Assembly: GCA_044341035.1 (NCBI GenBank)
Contig: JBIISL010000002.1
Location: 16,224-80,223 of the forward strand
DNA length: 64,000 nucleotides
Source: Ilumatobacteraceae bacterium
GTDB taxonomy: Bacteria > Actinomycetota > Acidimicrobiia > Acidimicrobiales > Ilumatobacteraceae
Direction: 5' to 3'
Shown: positions 53,774 to 62,079 of the stretch, piece after piece
How positions within the stretch are numbered: position 1 is the stretch's first letter
How the letters are laid out: every line of letters starts with the position of its first letter
Position numbers and translations under genes: made by a program
The notes under the pieces: model-generated
Database searches by the model: none
The model's input: the letters and a program-made list of their open reading frames with translations, nothing else
What the model was told of the DNA's origin: nothing

Positions 53774-54013
53774 CTACGCGAGTTTTGTCATCTGACGTGA
53801 GATAACAGATCCAGCAAGTACGTATGGCGTTCCCTTAAGGAACAGTGGCAGCCATTCTGGGCTTGCCGACCATGAAGCCTCTGCTGCCTCGGCAGCTGCA
53901 GCATTTACGAGGATTGGGCGTCTTTCGCATCTCGAATCCGAGCAAGTGAATGGTGGGCAACTACCCAGAAAGTTGTGGCAGATGCTCATCCGAATCTCCG
54001 AATGCTCGGTCAA
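53774..54013 (-). CDS. Hypothetical 79-aa ORF with four N-terminal Cys residues; doubtful gene
   Basis: Only the ORF and a Cys cluster (CHNFLGSCPPFTCSDSRC). No family recognised and no clear SD. Confidence 0.3.
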   Translation of the reverse strand: MTEHSEIRMSICHNFLGSCPPFTCSDSRCERRPILVNAAAAEAAEASWSASPEWLPLFLKGTPYVLAGSVISRQMTKLA

Positions 54014-54067
54014 GCTGTTATGAGAAACGCAATCGCATAACCAAAGCAGAAGCTTTTAAGAATCTGT

Positions 54068-54105
54068 ATCTGCGTATTCGTTTGAATTAAGACGAATACG
54101 CAGAT
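54068..54105 (-). terminator. 14-bp perfect stem hairpin spanning the stop codon of the serine-hydrolase gene (terminator-like, no clear U-tract)
   Basis: ATCTGCGTATTCGT - ttgaattaag - ACGAATACGCAGAT. The right arm encodes the last codons (…TSAYSS*). Confidence 0.5.
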
Positions 54106-55253
54106 GTTTGGAAGTCAAAGAAATGACCAGATGTTGCCGCATCAAAGAACGGAAGTACTTGGCTCAGATAGCAACCTGCGATACCGGTTGTCTTGTCGAT
54201 CCAGAAGTAACTGTTGAACGCGCCCGCCCAAGTGAGTGCACCAGCAGGACATCCGTTTGGTAGTGGTTCTTCGTTGATCAAGAAGGTCAGTCCCCACGAC
54301 TTAGGTAGGCCTGGATAGAAATCACAGTCACTGAAAAACGCAGGGTTCGCAGACTTCAATTCGGTTACGCGAATATCACCCATCTGATTCGTCGCCATTT
54401 GAGCAACAGTTTCTGCGCCAAGTACGCGGGTACCCTCAAGTTCTCCGTCATTGAGAATCATGCGCAGGAATCGTGAATAGTCACTCATTGTTGAAAACAA
54501 TCCGCCGCCGCCACTGTCAAACTCAGAAGTTCCAGCCGACGGCATTTGAAATGACATGAAAGAAGAATCTGGTGTGCGGAGATGAAGAGACGCTTTTCGC
54601 TCCAGCATGTTTGGGGTGCACGCGAAACTTGTGTCAATCATTCCTAGAGGCTCTAGGAGATGTTCAGTGAAGTAATCACCAAGTTTTGATTTTGTAACCC
54701 GTTCGAGAATTATTCCAGCCCAATCAATGCCGATTCCGTAAAGCCATTTCGTTCCTGGGTCAAACATAAGAGGAGTATTGAGAGAGGCGAGACGGCCTGT
54801 AGACATTCGCGGTGCATCAATTACTTCAAACCACTTGTCAAGGTTCGGGTCTGTGAAGTCGTATGCATAGCCAGAGGTATGGGTCAACAAATTGCGCAGC
54901 GTGACCTGTGATCGAGCATCACGCAAGACTGGCTGGCCCGCGTCATCAAAGCCTTCAAGTACGCGCGGTGTCGCAAGCTCTGCACAATACCTTTCTGCTG
55001 GAGCATCAAGATCAAGATGACCTTGCTCCACCAACTGCATCACTGCTGCGCCGGTTATTGCTTTGGTCATCGAAGCTATGGCGCCCACAGTGTCAGTAGT
55101 CATGACGTCACCTGAACCGACTGTTCGTTCACCGGCTGAACCGAGGTAGGTCAAACCCTTTTTGTCTACCAATGCAGCAACCACTCCGGGCACGTGGCCA
55201 TTCTTTACGCCTGTTGCAAGCAGATCATCAAGTCTTTGTTTCATGTTCATCAC
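54087..55253 (-). CDS. Serine hydrolase of the beta-lactamase/transpeptidase fold (class C / esterase-like)
   Basis: 388 aa. SxxK nucleophile motif in GAIASMTKAITGAAVMQL. The length and the later YxN-like region (SGYAYD) are typical of this family. Confidence 0.85.
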   Translation of the reverse strand: MMNMKQRLDDLLATGVKNGHVPGVVAALVDKKGLTYLGSAGERTVGSGDVMTTDTVGAIASMTKAITGAAVMQLVEQGHLDLDAPAERYCAELATPRVLEGFDDAGQPVLRDARSQVTLRNLLTHTSGYAYDFTDPNLDKWFEVIDAPRMSTGRLASLNTPLMFDPGTKWLYGIGIDWAGIILERVTKSKLGDYFTEHLLEPLGMIDTSFACTPNMLERKASLHLRTPDSSFMSFQMPSAGTSEFDSGGGGLFSTMSDYSRFLRMILNDGELEGTRVLGAETVAQMATNQMGDIRVTELKSANPAFFSDCDFYPGLPKSWGLTFLINEEPLPNGCPAGALTWAGAFNSYFWIDKTTGIAGCYLSQVLPFFDAATSGHFFDFQTSAYSS

Positions 55254-55407
55254 TACCTCTTATATATGACGTCAGTATCAATTGGCAGACTACTCGCAAC
55301 TAGCAGGTCCCATTTTGGGCGGTAGGGGAATAGACCACATTTCACATCTTGTACATCTGTTGTCGTGCCTTGCTTGCATTGCGCATGGCATATACATTCG
55401 ATATAAC

Positions 55408-56076
55408 ATGAGAAAAAGAACAAAAGTTGTATCAGTATTCGCACTCTTTCTTTTGAGTGGAACAGCGGGCACTCAGAAATATGTTTCATCGCAGATAACT
55501 TCACGCGTGGAACGAGAGATGCCGAAGGCATCAGGCGTGCGAGCTTCTATCCCACTGGCAGATTTGCCTAGCAATATCGCATCTGACTCAATCAAGTCAG
55601 TAATCGTCGACATTGATAGTTATTTCCTCAAAGAAAACAACACAAATACTTCGCTGAAAATCACTGCTAAGAACATCAGTAAATCCAAACCCACACTTAT
55701 TGGATCATTAGACGTAACGGCCACAATCCCTGAATCAACGCTGGTCGAATCAGCAGAATTCAATAATCCAAGAATTGTGGGGGACACACTGCAAGTCTCC
55801 GTGGGTCCAGGTGGTGCAGGAACTGCGGTATTGATTCCAAGATATTCAAACAACGAGCTCTATTTTGAAATTCAAAGTATCTCATTTATGGACAGAGAAA
55901 TTCCTGCGTCGTCCTTACCTTCAGATTTGCAAAGTCAGATCAAAACCAGGAGCCAGCGGAGCCTGGCGCCTCCTAAAGGGCTGAAAGTACAGTCTGTTTC
56001 ACTAAGCAGCAAAGGTCTTTCCCTTAATATGCTCGGAAGCAATGTCCAGTTGGCCAATTTGGGCTCAGCGCTATAG
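55408..56076 (+). CDS. Membrane-anchored or secreted hypothetical protein, possibly DUF2993/LmeA-like
   Basis: MRKRTKVVSVFALFLLSGTAG is a signal/anchor. It is followed by ...QITSRVEREMPKASGVRASIPLADLPSNIASDSIKSVIVDIDSY..., which resembles the N-terminal pattern of LmeA-type proteins. The ORF track opens at 55282; ATG 55408 precedes the hydrophobic segment. Confidence 0.5.
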   Translation: MRKRTKVVSVFALFLLSGTAGTQKYVSSQITSRVEREMPKASGVRASIPLADLPSNIASDSIKSVIVDIDSYFLKENNTNTSLKITAKNISKSKPTLIGSLDVTATIPESTLVESAEFNNPRIVGDTLQVSVGPGGAGTAVLIPRYSNNELYFEIQSISFMDREIPASSLPSDLQSQIKTRSQRSLAPPKGLKVQSVSLSSKGLSLNMLGSNVQLANLGSAL

Positions 56077-56084
56077 GAGCAATC

Positions 56085-56519
56085 ATGAATTTAGATATCA
56101 ATAAAGTATTTCCAACGGACCCTTCAATTTTCGAAGGCTTTCAATTTGTTCGGATTGTCGCGGCGTTGCTTCTACTGCTGGTGGTGGTGCGTAGTTGTAT
56201 TCACTTGTTTGCAGCTGATGGCGGAGCTCAGCGCATCGCAGGCATAGACACTTCTGTCGAAGGTGGAAAGAACATCATTGCCATGTTCCATCAATGGGGA
56301 GCGATACAGCTGATTCTTGGCGCGCTTCTTATTGTGCTGTTTTTTCGCTATCCGGGCTTAACACCATTGATCGTGCTCACTCTTGCGTTTGACCCAGTCA
56401 TGCGGTTTGTTGCCAGCCGTGTCTTGAGCGTGACCTCTACAAGAACTCCTCCCGGCGCAAAGTTAAACGCTCCCGCGTTCGTGGTCCTCACGTTGCTTTT
56501 CATTGCCTCAATCGCGTAG
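56085..56519 (+). CDS. Small integral membrane protein (about 4 TM), unknown family
   Basis: 144 aa with four hydrophobic stretches (FVRIVAALLLLLVVV, AIQLILGALLIVLFF, LTPLIVLTLAF, FVVLTLLFIASIA). It begins 8 nt after the upstream gene. Confidence 0.6.
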   Translation: MNLDINKVFPTDPSIFEGFQFVRIVAALLLLLVVVRSCIHLFAADGGAQRIAGIDTSVEGGKNIIAMFHQWGAIQLILGALLIVLFFRYPGLTPLIVLTLAFDPVMRFVASRVLSVTSTRTPPGAKLNAPAFVVLTLLFIASIA

Positions 56520-56534
56520 TTCCAAACCTCAGAA

Positions 56535-59189
56535 TTAGGGTAGTGGCCGTACCCAAATGTGCATCTGGCCCTTCTCTAATGGAGAAGTAGGTAACCGATC
56601 TAACGAAAAAAGTGCGCTCTTGCCGGGTCCCAGAACAGTTCCTGCGGGTACTTGCGAATTCAGACTGGGCAACTTCACGCCGGAGATGTCAATAGCCACA
56701 GATTCTGAGTTACTGATGGTGACAACTGATTCTCCTGTCAGTGCATACGCCACAATGTCCTTTTGCATCGGCGGTAGCAACTTTGATTCGGCACCAATTA
56801 GCAAGTCTCTCTTAGGAATGAAGTACTGGTTGAGCAAAACGTCTTGACCTTTTTGCATTGAGTACTGCTCTCCATACGTGTACCAAATTTTTCGGTCACG
56901 TTGCGCGTCGTCTCGTAAGAGCGGCTCCCAGTACTTGAGCCTCTCCTCTACGAAGCCCTCTTTCAAAAACTGATCAGCCAAAGTTCTGGTTCGGCGGTCA
57001 AGCATTTCGCGCAGTTCGGGCGTCTTCAGGAACAACCGTCCTAAACGGTTGCCTTCCATGTAGCTCATGTAGCTACTTGCTGATACCTCTTCACATAGGG
57101 AATTGCAGCCTGCAGCAACACGACGACCAAAGTTCAGGTCAAAGTCGATCGGCACTAAGCGCCATTTCTTATCAGCTGGGTCAACAAGCAACAAGTGGTT
57201 TTTGTGTTCCCATTCCAGATGCTGAGCCACTCGCATAGTGGCGATCGCTTCAATTACTTGAGGCACATCAACATGCGTGTACACAAATGAAAGAACTTCA
57301 TCCTTATTGTCATTGTTCACCTGTGAAATCAGCTCACGGACTTCATCAACATGTTTCAGCCAACGCTGCGTTCGGCGTTGGTACCGGCCTCGCATTTCTG
57401 AGTCGGGGAAATCTAATTGGTTGAGGTTCAATGTTGCCTGACGGTCTGATTTAAAGGACGTTGCTGAATCTGAGAAACCAAATTTTTCGCGCCAGCGGCC
57501 GTCTGGCTGTTCTTGGTATAGGTATAGCCCGTAAAACTCGTTGTTCTTTTCGAACCGAAGTGGAAAGACTTGTTGTCCGATACCCCCGCCCAATTGTTGT
57601 AACTCGCTCGTCAATATCTCTCGCATAAAAGACTTATCTGTTACAGCAGAGTTCAAGGCGAATTCATTTACCGGCTCTTTAAGCAGCCCACCTAAGTTTG
57701 TTTCATACCCAGCAGGTAAGACAACTTTCCATTTTCGTTTTTGATTGAGTCGTGATTGATTACCTTTGATCCGGATCATTGCTCGATCAAAAACCTCGCC
57801 ATCGAATGCAATCACAGTGGGATAACCGTTGTCACCGTATAGATCTCTATCGTTATAAATACGCTCATAATTAGCATCTTTAACGAACCATGAAAGCTGC
57901 GGAAGTTGACTTTCTTTTTCCGATGTCACCACTGTTCCGCGATAGGACATTCCGTCACCAGCGCGCGGCCAACTTCCTCGGTCTATTTCTCCTGCGTTGG
58001 AAACACGAAAACGAATCAGAGTTCCTTCGGGCTGCATCGGAATTGCGGCTACCCATCGGCCGTTGCCACCACCAACCATTGGAGTTTTTACTTCAGGTTC
58101 GAAATTCAACTTGTAGTGAAGCATGGCAATGTCTCCGTCACGCATCGATGCCGTTACTTCTACTTCTTGACTTGGCAGTGGTGACTTTGTGAAAGCAACA
58201 TCATCAAAAGTGCTGAGGTACTGCTTTTCGGAAGCGGCTGTAGTGATACCAGGCGATGGTGTCGCGGCTTCCCAGTTTCCAGGCTCTGTGCCCCACAGGC
58301 GGCCGTTACGACGGTGAAGCGACATGCCATAGCCATCAGCCGTTGCTGGCCACTGATTGTTGTCTTCGAAATAAACAACGTCTTGTTTCTTTTTGGCAGC
58401 ATCAAGTAACTGAACAACACCATTGCCATTACTGAGTTGCTGCTCTGAGAATCCAATCACCGCTTTCGTTTCATTTGGGCCCAATACATCAGTTGCAGCG
58501 AAACAGAAGTTAACTTCCGGCATGCACCAACCCGATAGCGACACTTGTGCTGAAGAAATATTGGTGACTTCAATAAACTCTTCGGCAGGGTTGTCGTTTG
58601 CTGGGTGATAGTGGATCTCTGTCATCACCACAGATGCCGAGTCATTTAACTGTTTGCGAAAATTTACGTCGTACTTGATGCCTGGCGACGGAACGTCGGC
58701 CATCCATTGAAGTGGAACGCTCACCAATGGATCAGCCGTCAACCTATGTAACGAATGACCGCGCCCATCAGCAGACTCTGGCCACGGTTTCTGGGTGGCA
58801 TATTGCACTTCATCGACAACGTTGTCAACTGAATCTATGAGTTGAAGTGGCTCACCAGAGTTGGCCAATGTGCCCGCAAAATCTTTACCAGTGACAACAA
58901 TGACCTCACCACCGCGCAAGACAGTCTTTTCTGTGAAACAGAAATCGACACCCTTTAAGCACCAGCGAGTCAGCGCGACATCACTGGTCCCATTGTTAGT
59001 GATCTCAAAGAAATCCTCAGTGTCCAGATTTGATAGATCGTGATAATTCAACTCCGAGATAAACACTTGATTCGCGAGTCGAGAAACACCGTCTTTTGCC
59101 CCAGAAAAACGCGGAATCAGAAGCACTGACGAGGCAAGTGCAACCATTAGGGCTATCCCAGCTGATATTTGGGTGGCTCTGCGACTCAC
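56535..59189 (-). CDS. CotH-family atypical kinase with an N-terminal signal/anchor and lamin-tail (LTD) domains
   Basis: 884 aa. Two LTD-like segments (VFISELNYHD...EDFFEITNNGTSDVALTRWCL and VMTEIHYHPANDNPAEEFIEVTNISSAQVSLSGWCM). CotH core motifs IRIKGNQSRLNQKRKWKV and WRLVPIDFDLNFG. Hydrophobic N-terminus ISAGIALMVALASSVLLI. Confidence 0.85.
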   Translation of the reverse strand: MSRRATQISAGIALMVALASSVLLIPRFSGAKDGVSRLANQVFISELNYHDLSNLDTEDFFEITNNGTSDVALTRWCLKGVDFCFTEKTVLRGGEVIVVTGKDFAGTLANSGEPLQLIDSVDNVVDEVQYATQKPWPESADGRGHSLHRLTADPLVSVPLQWMADVPSPGIKYDVNFRKQLNDSASVVMTEIHYHPANDNPAEEFIEVTNISSAQVSLSGWCMPEVNFCFAATDVLGPNETKAVIGFSEQQLSNGNGVVQLLDAAKKKQDVVYFEDNNQWPATADGYGMSLHRRNGRLWGTEPGNWEAATPSPGITTAASEKQYLSTFDDVAFTKSPLPSQEVEVTASMRDGDIAMLHYKLNFEPEVKTPMVGGGNGRWVAAIPMQPEGTLIRFRVSNAGEIDRGSWPRAGDGMSYRGTVVTSEKESQLPQLSWFVKDANYERIYNDRDLYGDNGYPTVIAFDGEVFDRAMIRIKGNQSRLNQKRKWKVVLPAGYETNLGGLLKEPVNEFALNSAVTDKSFMREILTSELQQLGGGIGQQVFPLRFEKNNEFYGLYLYQEQPDGRWREKFGFSDSATSFKSDRQATLNLNQLDFPDSEMRGRYQRRTQRWLKHVDEVRELISQVNNDNKDEVLSFVYTHVDVPQVIEAIATMRVAQHLEWEHKNHLLLVDPADKKWRLVPIDFDLNFGRRVAAGCNSLCEEVSASSYMSYMEGNRLGRLFLKTPELREMLDRRTRTLADQFLKEGFVEERLKYWEPLLRDDAQRDRKIWYTYGEQYSMQKGQDVLLNQYFIPKRDLLIGAESKLLPPMQKDIVAYALTGESVVTISNSESVAIDISGVKLPSLNSQVPAGTVLGPGKSALFSLDRLPTSPLEKGQMHIWVRPLP

Positions 59190-59228
59190 ATCATCAGTGT
59201 AGCGAGGTGACTAACATGGATAATTAGT

Positions 59229-59795
59229 ATGAACGAACTTGACCTGCCCCGCATTCTTCAAGATTTTTCGATCAACATCGTTGCCATTCTCATTCTCGCG
59301 TTCTTTGTTTATTACCGTCGCTATCGCCGTCGTGATGCAACTGTGGGTTACATTGCCACAAACGTGAGTTTGTTTGTTGTTGCTGCAGCTCTCTCATCTT
59401 CAACCACCCTGAATGTGGGCGTTGGGTTTGGGCTATTCGCGGTTCTTTCAATTGTGCGCCTTCGTTCCGACGAGGCGACTCAGTCTGAAATTGGCTACAC
59501 AATGGTGTCTCTCGTTATTGGCCTCATGACTGGGCTTCCTGGTCTTGACACCGACATCAAGATTACGTTTTCGGTGCTTCTCGTGTTGACCATGTTTATT
59601 GTTGACCATCCCTCTCTTCTTAAACCCCAGCAATATCAACGTCTGCGGGTTGAGTTAGATCGCATCATCACCAACGAAAAGGAATTAACTGCGTTCGTTG
59701 AGGAGAGAATTACCGGAAAAGTCAAACGGCTCACAGTTACCGAGATTGATTTTGTGAGAGAAACCATGCGACTTGACGTACGTGCAGATACGTAA
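59229..59795 (+). CDS. DUF4956-like membrane protein
   Basis: 188 aa. INIVAILILAFFVYYRRYRRR and GFGLFAVLSIVRLRSDEATQSEIGYTMVSLVIGLMTG match the conserved DUF4956 core (…LSIVRFR…) as I remember it. Confidence 0.75.
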   Translation: MNELDLPRILQDFSINIVAILILAFFVYYRRYRRRDATVGYIATNVSLFVVAAALSSSTTLNVGVGFGLFAVLSIVRLRSDEATQSEIGYTMVSLVIGLMTGLPGLDTDIKITFSVLLVLTMFIVDHPSLLKPQQYQRLRVELDRIITNEKELTAFVEERITGKVKRLTVTEIDFVRETMRLDVRADT

Positions 59796-60550
59796 TGGAC
59801 CCTCTGGCGCAATTTGCACCTATCTCTCTTGAAGAATTGACCGTTCGGGCAGAACTGCTTCGACGCTTTGATACGAAATACATCGTTCCGCTGCAGCGAA
59901 TTGAAGATGTGTACGCTGCTCTGTCAGACAGCACTCTGATACTTGAAAACGACGGCAGGCGGGTCACTTCATATGTCACCGCGTATTTCGACAGCGAAGA
60001 CTTGCATACATACTTTGATCATCTCAAGAAACGGCGCAAGCGTTTCAAGATACGAACTCGTTACTACGCAGAATCGACCAACGGTTTTCTAGAGATCAAA
60101 ATCAAGATGCCACGGGGCCAAACCCAAAAAGTTCGCTGGCCACTTGATGTCTCTCAAGCAGGATCACAACTATCAGACGAACATAGAGAATTGCTTAATG
60201 AGGCTCTGCAGAGTTCTTTGTACCAGCCACTCTCGCATCAGTACCGCCAAACATTGACAACTACGTTCTCCAGAACCACGCTTTTTGATCCCGCCACACT
60301 TGAGCGCATCACCATTGATTTTGATCTGCTCGCATCGTCAGATGGGGCCTCAGTTGAACTTGGCCACAGACACGCAATTATTGAGATCAAGTCTCCGACG
60401 CAGGTGGGTCACACCCATCGAATTTTCACCCATCTCGGAATTCGCCCAGTCAGTGTCAGTAAGTACTGCGTTGCGATGACAGCGTTGCACCCCGAGCACC
60501 GAGGCACACCATGGCGCAAAGCCTTACGAGTACTGCGGGCTACCGAGTAA
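59795..60550 (+). CDS. VTC-domain (triphosphate-tunnel, polyphosphate-polymerase-like) protein
   Basis: 251 aa. RFDTKYIVP, YFDSEDLHTYFDHLKKRRKRFKIRTRYY and GFLEIKIK are the beta-strand/basic-tunnel pattern of bacterial VTC/CYTH-like proteins. The start overlaps the DUF4956 stop (TAATG). Confidence 0.75.
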   Translation: MDPLAQFAPISLEELTVRAELLRRFDTKYIVPLQRIEDVYAALSDSTLILENDGRRVTSYVTAYFDSEDLHTYFDHLKKRRKRFKIRTRYYAESTNGFLEIKIKMPRGQTQKVRWPLDVSQAGSQLSDEHRELLNEALQSSLYQPLSHQYRQTLTTTFSRTTLFDPATLERITIDFDLLASSDGASVELGHRHAIIEIKSPTQVGHTHRIFTHLGIRPVSVSKYCVAMTALHPEHRGTPWRKALRVLRATE

Positions 60551-60565
60551 TTCGAAGCACTGAAT

Positions 60566-61678
60566 TTACGTACGCGCGTAGATCTTAATGAGACCGCTGT
60601 AGCAAGCAACCCATACTTGATTCAAAGTGGGTTCGAACGTTACGCCTATGGGATGTGGCGGAGTAAAAATGCGCTGAGTCACCTTCATTGTTGCAGTGGA
60701 GACGACCGTCATTGTCCCTGATTGATAATTCACAACGTAGAGGGCATCGCCTTCGGGAGAGATTGCCATCGTTCTCGGCTCAGTACCTGTCACCACACGT
60801 TTCAGAAGTCGGCCAGTTGCGGCATCGTGAGATGTAAGCACTGACGACAAGTTGTGCGAGACATACAACGTGAGTCCATCGGGACTCAGAACAATGTGTC
60901 GCGGAGTATTTGCCGCTGAGCGCCATTTACGGAGTGCAAACGTTGTTAGATCAATTGTGCCCAGTTGACCAGCACCCATCACAGTGATGTAAGCCTTTGA
61001 ACTGTCGTGTGCAACAACGATTCCACGTGGATACCGGCCAACTTTGATTGTCTTCACCACTTGAAAGGTTGCCAGATCAACGATGCTGACGGAATATGAG
61101 CACCAATTGGAAACGAGTGCGTACTTATTATCGGGACTAACTGCTACAGACTTCGGCACCTCGCCAACTTCCACAGCTGCTTCCACTGCCATGGTCGTCA
61201 TATTCACCCGATAAAGGAAACCATTGTCAAATTTTGCGCTTTCAGAACACTTATCAAAACCCTGCCGAACGAACCCCGGACCAGTCATGTAGTAGTTGGA
61301 CACATATGCATATGCGCCATCAGGACTGAATGCAGCCTCCACAGGTGAACCTTGTGCAATGCCAGAGCCCTTTCGCCCTAATTTTTCAAGAGGAAGTGAG
61401 TCAGAGATGCGCTTCAACATCTGACCCTTTGCGTTGAAAACGCTGATGCCATGCGTGTACATCATGTTCTGCGCAATCACTAGCCCTGTTGAAGATGCAA
61501 CAACAGACTTAGGCGACATGCTCGTGCCGCCAACGGTCTTCACTAGTTTGAGCCGCGCTGGTTTTGCTGAGACGAGAGAAGCCGATGCGGAGTTAGTCCC
61601 GAAGGATGGGATAAGGGCAGCCATTAATACGAATACACATGCGGTCCGATTCATTTTCGGCAGTATTGAACGCAACAT
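60566..61678 (-). CDS. Secreted beta-propeller protein (YVTN/YncE-like repeats)
   Basis: 370 aa with a signal-like N-terminus (ACVFVLMAALIPSFGTNSASA). It has repeated [S/A]PDG..[AL]YV[SV]N blades (FSPDGAYAYVSNY, VSPDNKYALVSNW, LSPDGLTLYVSHN, ISPEGDALYVVNY). Confidence 0.7.
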   Translation of the reverse strand: MLRSILPKMNRTACVFVLMAALIPSFGTNSASASLVSAKPARLKLVKTVGGTSMSPKSVVASSTGLVIAQNMMYTHGISVFNAKGQMLKRISDSLPLEKLGRKGSGIAQGSPVEAAFSPDGAYAYVSNYYMTGPGFVRQGFDKCSESAKFDNGFLYRVNMTTMAVEAAVEVGEVPKSVAVSPDNKYALVSNWCSYSVSIVDLATFQVVKTIKVGRYPRGIVVAHDSSKAYITVMGAGQLGTIDLTTFALRKWRSAANTPRHIVLSPDGLTLYVSHNLSSVLTSHDAATGRLLKRVVTGTEPRTMAISPEGDALYVVNYQSGTMTVVSTATMKVTQRIFTPPHPIGVTFEPTLNQVWVACYSGLIKIYART

Positions 61679-62079
61679 GGAACGATGGTATCAACGAGGA
61701 TTCATCAATCCAGTACTGCGTTACTTCGCCACATGGGACCCACCCAATTGCAACCCCAAACCACGCACCTAACTATTAGAGCGAAACTCGTGCGTCCTAA
61801 CGCCGATTTTGCGCAGGAATAAGCCTGTCAACAGGGATGTTTCCTTGTTTCTTTCTACTCTGTGAGCACTCCAGTAGCCTCTATATAGATGACGTGAGGT
61901 GTGTCGGCGAATTTCGCACCACATTTCGCACCATCCCCGCCTTCGTGAGGCTGGTGCGTAATTCCAAACCCCAATGCTGGCGGGGTAATGACTGGGGTTT
62001 CAGTAAACGTTTGGAACGCGAAACGACGTTTTTTGGAACGCGGCATTCTTGTTCTTCAGGTCAGTGAATAGTCAAAGCC

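Noticed and set aside
61837-62067. ORFs 61837..62067 (+, 76 aa) and 61855..62046 (-, 63 aa) in the 400-bp gap.
   Set aside because: They overlap each other, have no SD and no recognisable motifs, and their composition is odd (Cys/Phe-rich, or mixed). The region is treated as non-coding with repeats.
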